64,000 bases of DNA from a bacterium (GTDB lineage Bacteria; UBA8248), in assembly GCA_965261085.1 (NCBI GenBank), contig OZ253442.1, forward strand, positions 2,720,001-2,784,000, read 5' to 3'. Position 1 is the stretch's first letter, and the number at the start of each line of letters is the position of its first letter. Under the pieces are notes generated by a model. That model was not told the DNA's origin and made no database searches. It saw only the letters and a list, made by a program, of their open reading frames with translations. The translations under genes were made by a program, and so were the position numbers. Below, one piece after another: positions 8,699 through 18,105 of this stretch.

Positions 8699-9508
8699 CT
8701 ATTCGGCGATGAGTTCTGGAATGGGTTCCGGCTCTTCGTCGGGGTTGCGCATGGCTTCCCAGAGGTAATGGCGCAGCGCCTGGAAGCGCTGGCTGCCCCG
8801 GAGTTCTTCCATATTCCTGCCTCGGCCGAATCCGGTTTCGAACTGAAAGCGTATTCTCCCCGGCCTGGGCGTCATCACCAGGACGCGATCCCCGAGCAGA
8901 AGCGCCTCGTCGATGCTGTGGGTGATGAAGATCATCGCTTTGGGCTCCACCTCGTTGATGCGCAGCAACTCCTCTTGCAGTGTTTCACGCGTCAGCGCAT
9001 CGAGAGCGCCGAAAGGCTCGTCCATCAACAAAACGTCGGGCTGCGCGGCGAGCGCCCTCGCCAGACCCGCTCTTTGCTGCATCCCGCCGGATAATTGAGA
9101 GGGGTAGTTTCCCTCAAAGCCCTCCAGACCCACCAGCTCCGTGTAGTGGCTGACGAGGCTGTCGATTTCTCCCTTCTCCTTGCCCTGTATCCGTAGCGCG
9201 TAGCCGATGTTCTGATCCAGGCGCTTCCAGGGGAAAAGCCCAAAATTCTGAAAAACCATGGCCATCTCCGGCCTCGGACCAGTGACCACCTCTCCTTTGA
9301 AGGAAACCTCTCCCCTCTCGCAGAGAATGAGTCCGTTCACGATCCGCAGAAGCGTCGTCTTCCCGCACCCGCTGGGACCAAGAATCGTCAGGATTTCCTG
9401 TGTCTTGACGTCGATGTCGATCTCATCGAGCACATGGAGGGAGCCGAACCATTTCCCGACGCCCTGAAGGCGCAGCGTTGGATTCGAGCCGTTGTCGGAT
9501 GGGGACAT
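8699..9508 (-). CDS. ABC transporter ATP-binding protein, NitT/TauT family
   Basis: GPSGCGKTT, LSGGMQQR, LLMDEPFGALD, ITHS. Start approximate. Confidence 0.93.
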   Translation of the reverse strand: MSPSDNGSNPTLRLQGVGKWFGSLHVLDEIDIDVKTQEILTILGPSGCGKTTLLRIVNGLILCERGEVSFKGEVVTGPRPEMAMVFQNFGLFPWKRLDQNIGYALRIQGKEKGEIDSLVSHYTELVGLEGFEGNYPSQLSGGMQQRAGLARALAAQPDVLLMDEPFGALDALTRETLQEELLRINEVEPKAMIFITHSIDEALLLGDRVLVMTPRPGRIRFQFETGFGRGRNMEELRGSQRFQALRHYLWEAMRNPDEEPEPIPELIAE

Positions 9509-9712
9509 GGATAAAAGGATTCCTGTCGAGAAAAGCGGCTTCATGCGCTTCGTTCGGTTGGCGAGATGATTCGCCGCGAGAATGAGGGCCACAGGTCAGA
9601 CGTATCATGAAAAACGCGACGCTCGCTCACCACCCTGAAGCGTTTCAATAATTTTGCGAGATTAGCATCCTTTACCGGAGGCGGCAAATATGGGGTTTTG
9701 CTCTCGGTCTCC

Positions 9713-10105
9713 CTATTCCTCACCCACGACGGCAATGGCCTGTATTTCGACCATCATTTCCGGTTTGGCGAAACCCGCCACCGTGATCAAGGCGCTGCCG
9801 GGATATCCATTCGGGAAATACTGCTTTCTGAGCTCGACGAAGCGACCCCCGTACTGGACGTTGAGAGTGAACACCGTCATCGTCACGATGTCCTGGAGTT
9901 TCCCGCCCGCCCGCTCCAGGGTGCGCTCCATCTGGCGAAACGTGGCGTGCACCTGCGCGTCGAAATCCCCCGCCAGCACGTTCCCCTCATCATCGCGCCA
10001 CGCCCCTACGCCGGCCATCCATATCTGCTCGCCTCCTCTCGTCTTCACCGCTGGCGAAAACGAGCGATCCTCCTGCCAGTCGCCCTTGAAATACTCTCGC
10101 GTCAT
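9713..10105 (-). CDS. RidA/YjgF family protein
   Basis: FSPAV, DFDAQVHATF, YPGSALITVAGF, VEIQAIAV; 130 aa. Confidence 0.88.
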   Translation of the reverse strand: MTREYFKGDWQEDRSFSPAVKTRGGEQIWMAGVGAWRDDEGNVLAGDFDAQVHATFRQMERTLERAGGKLQDIVTMTVFTLNVQYGGRFVELRKQYFPNGYPGSALITVAGFAKPEMMVEIQAIAVVGEE

Positions 10106-10123
10106 GTCAACTCCTTCTCCGGG

Positions 10124-11332
10124 TTATCGTGTTTCTATTTTTTTGCCTCTCAACTGCACCGATGTCGAAACGGCCAGCCAACTCATGATCGCAAAACAAA
10201 AATAGCTCGCATCCAGATTCACCTGCCCGGCGAGCCACCCACCCAACAAGGGGGCGAGAAAACTCAAGCCGTGGCAAGTGTAGATAAAACCGACGGATGA
10301 AGTGAGAATGTCTCTCTCCGAAAAATCCGCCGCCGCGGTGAGGATAATCGGGCTCACGAACCCGACGACGCCGGTCAAGGCGGACAGAATATAAAACCCC
10401 GTTTGCCACTGCATGAACGGCAGGGCGAAAACGAAGACTCCCAGCAGCGTCATGGGCCAGAACAGGGCGGCCCGCGCCCCCCAGCGGTTATACAAGATTC
10501 CCATCAATGGTTTGGCAAACATGCCGAAACCGAAATGGAGCGATACGGCCACGCCGATTTGCGCCGTGTTCATCCCCAGCTTCGAGGTCGCCAGCAGGGG
10601 CAGAAAACCAATCATTCCCTTGGTGCACATGCTGCGTAAGGTGTAGGTCGCCGCCAGCCACACCGTATTTTTGTTCTCGACGACCCGCCTGATGATGGAG
10701 AAGACTTTCAGATCCGCCGCTTTTCCCGCTTCGCGGATGGAGCTATTTTTCCCTACGCTGAACCGGGCGTTCACCAGAGGGAGGAGCGCAATGGCGGGAG
10801 CCGCGCAAGCGCCGATGGCCGCGCGCCATCCGACTACCGCCGCCAGCGCCGCCTGGGCCAGCGGGAGGATGCTGGTTCCGAGGTTGCCTCCCAGGCTGTG
10901 CCACGAAATGGCGAATGCGCGGTCGCGCTCGAAGCGATTCGCCGCCAGCGCCGTTCCGCACGGGTGGTAGACGGAATTTCCCGCCCCTGCCAGAAACGCC
11001 AGGGCGCACATCGGCAAGAACCGGCTCACCCACATCATCGCAATGAAAGACGCAGCGGAAGCGCCCATACCCATCAGCAGGATTAGTTTTCTGGCGCCCG
11101 TATAATCCGCCAGTATGGAAAGGGGGTATTGAAAGATCATCTGCCCGAGACTGAAAGTGCTGAGCAGGAGTCCCACTTCGAAGGGCGAGAGTTCGAGATC
11201 GATGACGATGAGCGCGAGAACGGGAACCAGCATGTTGGAAAACCCATCGCTCAGCCCGTGGGTCATGCCGATGACGCTTAGATCAAAATAATCGACGAAT
11301 CTCCAAACCGGTTTTTGCGAATGAGAGGTCAT
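10124..11332 (-). CDS. MFS transporter (Fsr-like)
   Basis: About 12 TM segments; LAGAGNSVYHP and GGNLG motifs. ATG at 11332 is coupled to the upstream stop. Confidence 0.88.
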   Translation of the reverse strand: MTSHSQKPVWRFVDYFDLSVIGMTHGLSDGFSNMLVPVLALIVIDLELSPFEVGLLLSTFSLGQMIFQYPLSILADYTGARKLILLMGMGASAASFIAMMWVSRFLPMCALAFLAGAGNSVYHPCGTALAANRFERDRAFAISWHSLGGNLGTSILPLAQAALAAVVGWRAAIGACAAPAIALLPLVNARFSVGKNSSIREAGKAADLKVFSIIRRVVENKNTVWLAATYTLRSMCTKGMIGFLPLLATSKLGMNTAQIGVAVSLHFGFGMFAKPLMGILYNRWGARAALFWPMTLLGVFVFALPFMQWQTGFYILSALTGVVGFVSPIILTAAADFSERDILTSSVGFIYTCHGLSFLAPLLGGWLAGQVNLDASYFCFAIMSWLAVSTSVQLRGKKIETR

Positions 11333-12324
11333 TACGATGCGGGAATATCGCGCCAGGCGGGAATGATGCCTCCACCCTCGGCCGACATTACTGCGCGGCA
11401 AATCGCATGGCCGACGGCCGTCATGGCGGCAGCCCCGACGACGTCGAGAGCCACCTCTCGCTCCCCGCGGGAGAGTGCGAACACCATGTCTCCATCCACC
11501 GTCGTAAAAGAAGGACGGACCGTACGAATGAGCCCGTTCGTCGCCACCTGGGCGAGTTTGTGGGTTTCGGTTTTCGTCAAGGAGGCATTCGTCGCGACAG
11601 CTACGAGCGTCGTGTTCTCGGAAGTATTGGAGAATCCCTCGAAGGGTCTTCCGTGGATCCTCAAGTGCTCTTCCGTATTCACGATTCCTTGGTCAGGAGG
11701 CATCGCCCTCGGCCCTGCGAGGGGATTCCCCGTCTCAGGGTCATAGATGCCGCCAAAGGCGTTCACCGCGGCAACCGCGCCCACGACGCCGCCCCCCGGC
11801 AGCGCAATGCTCGCCGTACCGACGCCGCCTTTCATGGCGCGCTCCTGGCCGAACAGTTTCCCTATCGTAGCGCCCGCGCCCGCACCCACGCTCCCCTGGG
11901 GGCCTTCGGCGTTCGAGGCCGCCTCGCACGCAGCGCGTCCCATGGCGGCGTCCGGACGGACTCGGCCATCACCGAAATGCAGGTCGAACAACACGCCCGC
12001 TGCGACCGTCGGTACGTTGAAGCGTCCGGTGGGGAACCCTCTTCCCTGCTCCTCCAGGAAAGCCATGACGCCGTCTGCCGAGGCCAAGCCGAATGCGCTT
12101 CCTCCCGTCAGGACGATCGCATCCACGCCTCCGACGAGGTGTTCGGCGCGCAGCGCGTCCATGCCGCGCGTGGCCGTCGCCGTGCCGCGCAACTCGCACG
12201 CCCCGACGGTTCCGGGCGGACAAAGCACCACGGAGACGCCCGTTTTGGCCCCATCATCGTGCGCGTGGCCGAGATAAAAGCCCGGCACGTCGGTTATGCA
12301 ACCTTTGAGATCAGAAGGATTCAG
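11332..12324 (-). CDS. P1/S58 (DmpA-like) aminopeptidase
   Basis: ITDVPGF.LGHA, LTGGSAFGL, NTTLVAVATN, DGDMVFALS. The conserved ITD lies upstream of the track's GTG, implying a CTG start at 12324 after GAGGAG. Confidence 0.88.
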   Translation of the reverse strand: MNPSDLKGCITDVPGFYLGHAHDDGAKTGVSVVLCPPGTVGACELRGTATATRGMDALRAEHLVGGVDAIVLTGGSAFGLASADGVMAFLEEQGRGFPTGRFNVPTVAAGVLFDLHFGDGRVRPDAAMGRAACEAASNAEGPQGSVGAGAGATIGKLFGQERAMKGGVGTASIALPGGGVVGAVAAVNAFGGIYDPETGNPLAGPRAMPPDQGIVNTEEHLRIHGRPFEGFSNTSENTTLVAVATNASLTKTETHKLAQVATNGLIRTVRPSFTTVDGDMVFALSRGEREVALDVVGAAAMTAVGHAICRAVMSAEGGGIIPAWRDIPAS

Positions 12325-12366
12325 AAGAAAGACTCCTCGTTTCCTGGCGCATCCACAGAGGCCGCT

Positions 12367-13023
12367 TCAGTCCGCGATTGGCAACTCGCCGGGTGCGCGT
12401 CCAGGCAATTCACCGGTCTCAAGGATGCTGTCGATGACGTATCTGTATTGTTCGGCCGGCACCGCGCCGACCATGACCGCGTGATCGTTCACGACTACGG
12501 AGGGGATGCCCGTTATCCCCAAATTCGTGGCCTCCATGTATTCCTTGACGGCTTTTTCCTTCAAACCCCCGTTTTCAATAGCGTCGCGGAACCTGTCCAT
12601 GTCCAGGCCGCTTTCCTCCGCCACGTCACTCACCACCTCCGGGTCAGAGATGTTTCTGTTTTTCGTGAAAAAGGCGGCCAGAAGATTGTCGTGAAATTTT
12701 TCCCACTCTTCGGGTCCCTGGAATCTCGCCGCCAGCCCCGCTTCCGCAGACGGCATCGAGCAGTTCGGAAATTCCGCCTCGCTCTCCCATAAGGTGAAAT
12801 CACCGGAATCGGGCTGCGAATTCGCATTCGTCCAGTGGTTTCTGCGGTAATCGTTGAACACCGCCGTGGGGTCCGGCTCTGGCCTCAGCATGAAAACCCG
12901 GTACTGAATATCTACTTTACCGCCATATTCCTCTTTTACCTTCTTCAGGCGCACGGCCGAGTTAAAGCACCAGGGTCACAAAAAATCGCTGTACACCGTC
13001 AATCGTACAGGGGCGTTATCCAT
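12367..13023 (-). CDS. DsbA/FrnE-like thioredoxin-fold oxidoreductase, probable selenoprotein (UPWC)
   Basis: ATG 13023 with GAGAGAGAAG RBS region: MDNAPVRLTVYSDFL[TGA 12978-12976]PWCFNSAVRLKK, in frame with the track's 12367..12954 ORF; cis-Pro loop GITGIPS. Confidence 0.85.
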
Positions 13024-13084
13024 TGTCTTCTCTCTCCTCTCGTTCCATCGCCATAGTCTCGAACCCCAACGATAAACACCAAAA

Positions 13085-13972
13085 CTATATCTTCATATGC
13101 GCCATGTGCACCTTCACCTTTTCGCCGATGCCCGCGCCCAGGAATTGCGCGGCGCTTCCTTCGGGCACGAATATCTCGAGCCGCGTCCAACTGTTGAACA
13201 GCGCCCCGAGATCGCCCGTCTTCACCGCCTGGTAGTATTCGCTCACCCCGTTGATGACATGATCGCCGATTTCGATGACCGGCAGGTGCGCGGCGTCGTC
13301 TTCTCCGTATTCGAAACGCCAGAAAGTCGTGGTGTCGATGTTCGTCACCAGGTTCCCGTATTGATCGACGCAGATGACCTCGCCGGTGATGGTGTCGGCA
13401 TCCTCGAATTCCACCGCGGGAAAATCGAAGCGCACCGGGTCGGTGATGACGGAGCCGAAATCCTCCGGGGGAACCCCGTAGGAAAGATGTCCCGCAACGG
13501 GCGCGAAAATATCCCTGCCGTGGAAGGTGGAACTCACCTCGTTCAGGAAAAACGCATCTTCTTCGAGCTCTCTGGTCCACATATAGAGCGGGTCGTCGTA
13601 TACGCAGGAGAACAGGCCGTTGTCCGGACCCACGAAATAGTAGTTTTCGGTGGCGGCTATGACTCCCCTGCGGCTGCTTCCCACACCCGGGTCCACGACC
13701 GCCACATGAATGGTCCCGCGCGGGAAATAATGCGCCGAAGAACCCAGAATCAACGATGCGGCCTTTACGTCGTAAGGCCTGATGGCGTGGGTGATATCCA
13801 CGATCCGGGCTACCGGATTTATCGCGAGGACAACGCCCTTCATCACCCCCGCATAGTGTTCATCGCTCCCGAAATCCGTGAGAAGAGTGACCAGCGGCTG
13901 AGCACCGCTTTCCTCTTCGAAATCGGGGGCGCCCTCGTGGAAAGGATTCGGACGCGATTGATCGTCCGTCAT
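13085..13972 (-). CDS. SAM hydroxide adenosyltransferase (DUF62; chlorinase/fluorinase superfamily)
   Basis: LLTDFG, VVDPGVGSSRR, GPDNG, STFHGRDIFAP, DQYGNLVTN. Confidence 0.92.
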   Translation of the reverse strand: MTDDQSRPNPFHEGAPDFEEESGAQPLVTLLTDFGSDEHYAGVMKGVVLAINPVARIVDITHAIRPYDVKAASLILGSSAHYFPRGTIHVAVVDPGVGSSRRGVIAATENYYFVGPDNGLFSCVYDDPLYMWTRELEEDAFFLNEVSSTFHGRDIFAPVAGHLSYGVPPEDFGSVITDPVRFDFPAVEFEDADTITGEVICVDQYGNLVTNIDTTTFWRFEYGEDDAAHLPVIEIGDHVINGVSEYYQAVKTGDLGALFNSWTRLEIFVPEGSAAQFLGAGIGEKVKVHMAHMKI

Positions 13973-15381
13973 GACGCAAGCTCTCCCCATAAGGCATCCG
14001 ACCTTGCGGCGATGCGGGAAAATCCATTTTTTTCGGGCAAGGGCGTCAGGCGCACCGGAACAGTGCGGCCTATCCATTCATCAGGACCGGAGGCCAACAC
14101 GCGGATGTAATTGTCCGACAAGCCGGTGAGAAAACCGTCTTCTACGCGGCGGCTCTCGAACAACACGTCCGTTTCTCTCCCCGTTTGGGAGGAGACGAAC
14201 GCCGTCCATTTCCTGCGCCCCAACTCCCGTAAGGCGCGCGCGCGGTTTTTCTGCTCGGCTCTTGAAATTTGCCCAGACATTTCGATGGCCGCCGTTCCCT
14301 CACGCGGCGAATACGGAAAAACGTGCAGATACGCCAGAGGCGATTCCCGCACCCATTCCATGGTTCGCTCGAACGCCTCTTTGCTCTCGCCGGGAAAACC
14401 GACAATAAAATCTCCGCCGAGACACGCCCCTTCTATTTTCTTCGCGATTTCATCGAAACGGCTCGCGCAGCGCGCAGCGGTGTAATTGCGGTTCATCGCC
14501 CTCAGTGTTTCATCGTCTCCGCTCTGGACGGGTATGTGGAAATGGCGGCAGACGTAACTCCCCTCGCTCAACGCGCCCGAACCGTACGCCTCGCCCGCCA
14601 CGACGCGGATGAGTTCGCGCGTGAATTCCCCCGGTTCCACGGAGGAGAGCCTGAGGCGGAAATTTCTTTTCATCTCCAGCAATCGGCTCACCAGACGGCT
14701 CAGTGTGCTGCGCGGCATCATGTCCCTGCCGTATGCGCCGAGGTGAATTCCGGTGAGCACCAACTCTTCGTGTCCGCCCGCAAGAAGGGTATCGGCGTGC
14801 TCCACGCATGAGGCCACATCCAGAGAGCGGCTCGCTCCACGCGCGATGGTCGTCGCGCAAAAAGAGCAGGAAAAGTTGCAGCCGTCCTGCACCTTGAGGT
14901 ACGCCCGCGTCCGGCTGCCGAACTGAGGCAGGACGACGCTCTCGATATCAAGGCTCTCCTCGATTGGAGAAACCCGCATCTCGGGCGTCTCATTCCTCAG
15001 CAACGGTTTAGCCAGTTCATCGGGGAGCCTGAGCTTTTCCCTGTTCCCGAGCAGGAGATCCGCTTCCGGGATCAGCATTTTCTCCGCGTTCGCCTGGGCG
15101 GAGCATCCTGCGATGACGACCCGGGCGGTTGCGCCGCCCATCCGCCGCGCTCTGCGCGCCAACCGCCTGCCCTCGCGGTCGGCTTCCGCCGTGACCGTGC
15201 AACTGTTGACGACGTAGACGTCCGCCTCGGCGTCAAACGGAACGAGCTCGAACCCGGCCCCGGCGGAGAGATGCTTCATGGCTTCGCCCTCGGCGTGGTT
15301 GAGCTTACACCCCAGATTCGCCAGGGCGAGCCGAAGGGGTTTCACGCTTGCGCTCTTCATGGCTTCGCTCGTCTCGTTCAT
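13969..15381 (-). CDS. mtaB: tRNA threonylcarbamoyladenosine methylthiotransferase MtaB
   Basis: LGCKLN, NSCTVTAEAD, RTRAYLKVQDGCNFSCSFC (radical SAM CxxxCxxC), LHVFPYSPREGT, GLSDNYIRV. Confidence 0.92.
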   Translation of the reverse strand: MNETSEAMKSASVKPLRLALANLGCKLNHAEGEAMKHLSAGAGFELVPFDAEADVYVVNSCTVTAEADREGRRLARRARRMGGATARVVIAGCSAQANAEKMLIPEADLLLGNREKLRLPDELAKPLLRNETPEMRVSPIEESLDIESVVLPQFGSRTRAYLKVQDGCNFSCSFCATTIARGASRSLDVASCVEHADTLLAGGHEELVLTGIHLGAYGRDMMPRSTLSRLVSRLLEMKRNFRLRLSSVEPGEFTRELIRVVAGEAYGSGALSEGSYVCRHFHIPVQSGDDETLRAMNRNYTAARCASRFDEIAKKIEGACLGGDFIVGFPGESKEAFERTMEWVRESPLAYLHVFPYSPREGTAAIEMSGQISRAEQKNRARALRELGRRKWTAFVSSQTGRETDVLFESRRVEDGFLTGLSDNYIRVLASGPDEWIGRTVPVRLTPLPEKNGFSRIAARSDALWGELAS

Positions 15382-15679
15382 TCGGGCTACCTTCAAATGT
15401 TGAGAAATGCTACTTTTACAGCGAATCTTACGCTTTGCGCAAATTGGCCCGCAAGGGCTGTTTCGCTTGACTAGGAAGAGTGGCAGTTGATAGGGTAACG
15501 CCGCCCGTATGAGAGTGAGAACTACTTGTCCGGCCAGGTCACCAGGGGATGCTGGCCGACACGTCACTCCGAGCGTTTTCCTTGATCCCCTTCTGTCGGG
15601 TATGATTCGGCATCGTTTTCAGTTTTCATGACAGGTGTGGTTATATTCTATTTCAGATGATTGAGGAGAGATTCCGTCT

Positions 15680-16546
15680 ATGCGTGGTTTTGAATTCGTG
15701 GCGCCGACGACCTTATCGGCGACCTTAAAGGCGGCAAAAGGCAGAAACACAAAATACATTGCCGGAGGCACCAATTTCCTGCCCGACCTCAGGCATCAGC
15801 ACGACGGGCCGGCGAAAGTCGTCATCGACCTGATGAGAGTCTCCGCGCTGCGGGGGATTTCCTCGGCCAAGGGCGAAATAAAGCTGGGCGCACTGGCGAC
15901 GATGACGGATTTACTGACCGACAAGACCATCCTTAAGGAAGCGCCCGTTCTGGTGGCGATGGCGGAGAAATTCGCAGGTCCGATCATCCGAAACCGCGCT
16001 TCGGTGGCCGGCAACATCATCGACGGGGGGCCTGCGGCCGACGCCGTTCTTCCCCTGCTCGCCCTGAAAGCGAAGGTGAGACTCGCCAGCGAAAAAGGAA
16101 GAAGAACCGTCGGCCTGGATAAATTCCTCACCGGATATCGCCAGACGGCCATCAGGCAGGATGAATTGATCACCGCCGTGACTTTCCCCTCCCCCGGCAG
16201 GAACCACAAGTGGGGCTATTACAAACTCGCCCGCCGCAACGCCATGGCCATCACCGTGGTGGGCGTGGCGGTCGTGTTGAAGGTGAGGCGCAACAAGGTG
16301 GAAGAAGCGGGCATTTCGCTGGGTTCCGTTACGGCGACTCCGATCCGCTGCTATGAGGCGGAGAAAATTCTCGAAGGAAACGTGGTCGACCTCGAGTTGG
16401 CTCAAAAGGCCGCGGAGGCATGCGCCGCCGTTGCGACGCCGATTGACGACATTCGCGCATCGGCGGAATACCGCAAGCTGATGTGCGAGGTCTTGCCCCG
16501 CCGTCTCATTTGCCAGGCCCTGGATATTTCACAGGACAACGAATAG
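15680..16546 (+). CDS. Xanthine/CO dehydrogenase family FAD-binding (medium) subunit
   Basis: AGGTN, IRNRASVAGNI, PIDDIRASAEYR. Confidence 0.92.
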   Translation: MRGFEFVAPTTLSATLKAAKGRNTKYIAGGTNFLPDLRHQHDGPAKVVIDLMRVSALRGISSAKGEIKLGALATMTDLLTDKTILKEAPVLVAMAEKFAGPIIRNRASVAGNIIDGGPAADAVLPLLALKAKVRLASEKGRRTVGLDKFLTGYRQTAIRQDELITAVTFPSPGRNHKWGYYKLARRNAMAITVVGVAVVLKVRRNKVEEAGISLGSVTATPIRCYEAEKILEGNVVDLELAQKAAEACAAVATPIDDIRASAEYRKLMCEVLPRRLICQALDISQDNE

Positions 16547-16590
16547 AAGACTCCATCGTCTCTTAGAATTTTATCGGAGAATCCTTGAAG

Positions 16591-17145
16591 ATGGCTACAG
16601 CGAGCAAATCAAAACGAACCGCGAAGAAAAAATCGAGCGCACCCGCATACGTGCCCCCCAAGAAGCTGCCCATTTCCTTCACGGTGAACGGCCAGGAAGT
16701 CAACACCGAAGCGCCCGCGCACACCACTTTGCTGTATCTGTTGCGTGACTTGGGTTTCACCGAAGTGAAAAACGGTTGCGAGGCGGGGGATTGCGGCGCC
16801 TGCACGATTCTTCTGGATGGTCTGGCGATGAACGCTTGCTGCGCGCTCGGCGTCCAGGCGGAAGGGCGTGAAATCACCACGGTCAAAGGCATCGGAACGG
16901 TGGGCAACCTCCACCCGATCCAGGAAAAATTCATCGAGCACGGCGCCATTCAGTGCGGTTTCTGTACGCCTGGAATGATAGTCGCCACGAAGGAATTGCT
17001 CGACAACACCCCGAACCCCAGCCGACAGGAAATCAAGGCCGGCATCGCGGGCAATCTTTGCCGCTGCACCGGCTATGTGAAGATTATCGACGCTATCGAG
17101 GCGGCGGCTGAAGAACTTTCCTCGAAGAAAGGAAAAGGGAAATGA
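16591..17145 (+). CDS. Xanthine/CO dehydrogenase family [2Fe-2S] (small) subunit
   Basis: GCEAGDCGACT, QCGFCTPG, GNLCRCTGY. Confidence 0.95.
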   Translation: MATASKSKRTAKKKSSAPAYVPPKKLPISFTVNGQEVNTEAPAHTTLLYLLRDLGFTEVKNGCEAGDCGACTILLDGLAMNACCALGVQAEGREITTVKGIGTVGNLHPIQEKFIEHGAIQCGFCTPGMIVATKELLDNTPNPSRQEIKAGIAGNLCRCTGYVKIIDAIEAAAEELSSKKGKGK

Positions 17146-18092
17146 GTGTGACTGCCTCATCAAACTCAACCAAAGGGGAAAAAAGTTCGTCATACGGATT
17201 TGCGAGCGTCGTAGACGTTCAGGAGTCGTTCAGAAAACTCGACTACATCTCCGACAAAACGCTGGCGACCACCCTCTTCCTGGCCACGAAACTGGAAAAA
17301 CCCCTTTTCCTGGAAGGCGAAGCCGGGGTCGGGAAAACCGAACTCGCCAAGGTGCTCGCCAGCGCGATGGATACCGAGCTCATCCGTCTGCAATGCTACG
17401 AGGGTCTCGACGCGAGTTCGGCTCTCTACGAGTGGAACTATGCGAAACAACTCCTCCACATCAAGATGGAAGAAGGCAGGGACTCGGACGCGAAGTCGAT
17501 TGAAAAAGATATCTTCAGCGAGCAGTACCTGATAGAACGTCCCCTGCTTCGTGCGCTTTTGCGCTCGAAAGAAAAGCCGGTGGTCTTGCTCATTGATGAA
17601 ATCGACCGCTCGGACGAGGAGTTTGAAGCGTTCTTGCTGGAAATTCTCTCCGATTTCCAGATTACGATTCCTGAGATGGGGACCATCAAGGCGGTCAGCA
17701 AACCCCTGGTGGTGCTCACCAGTAACCGGACGCGTGAAATTCACGACGCCCTTAAACGACGCTGCCTTTACCTGTGGGTCGACTACCCCTCTTTTGAGAA
17801 AGAAGTGGAGATTATTACGACCAAGGTGCCCGGGATTACCGATCGCCTGGCGGAGCAAATCGCCCGCTTTATGACGCAGGCGAGGCAGATGGATTTCTAC
17901 AAACGCCCCGGCGTGGCCGAATCCCTTGATTGGGCGCAAGCGCTTCTCGCTTTGCATCGGAATGAGCTGGACGTGGAAGCCGTGCGAGAGACCATCGGCT
18001 GCATCCTGAAATACCAGGACGACATCAAGCGCATACAGAACGACGGCCTCGACAGCATGGTAGCGACGGCGCAACTCTCGCCCGACGCCTGA
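17142..18092 (+). CDS. MoxR-family AAA+ ATPase (CoxD-like)
   Basis: LEGEAGVGKTE, RLQCYEGLD, YEWNY, LLIDEIDRSDEEFEA, HDALKRRC. Confidence 0.93.
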   Translation: MSVTASSNSTKGEKSSSYGFASVVDVQESFRKLDYISDKTLATTLFLATKLEKPLFLEGEAGVGKTELAKVLASAMDTELIRLQCYEGLDASSALYEWNYAKQLLHIKMEEGRDSDAKSIEKDIFSEQYLIERPLLRALLRSKEKPVVLLIDEIDRSDEEFEAFLLEILSDFQITIPEMGTIKAVSKPLVVLTSNRTREIHDALKRRCLYLWVDYPSFEKEVEIITTKVPGITDRLAEQIARFMTQARQMDFYKRPGVAESLDWAQALLALHRNELDVEAVRETIGCILKYQDDIKRIQNDGLDSMVATAQLSPDA

Positions 18093-18105
18093 TTCGAGCG
18101 ACTCC

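Noticed and set aside
13085-13972. Fluorinase or chlorinase (halogenase)
   Set aside because: The STFHGRD motif with His and the VVDPGVG..RR motif mark the common DUF62 SAM hydrolase, and the context is housekeeping (mtaB).
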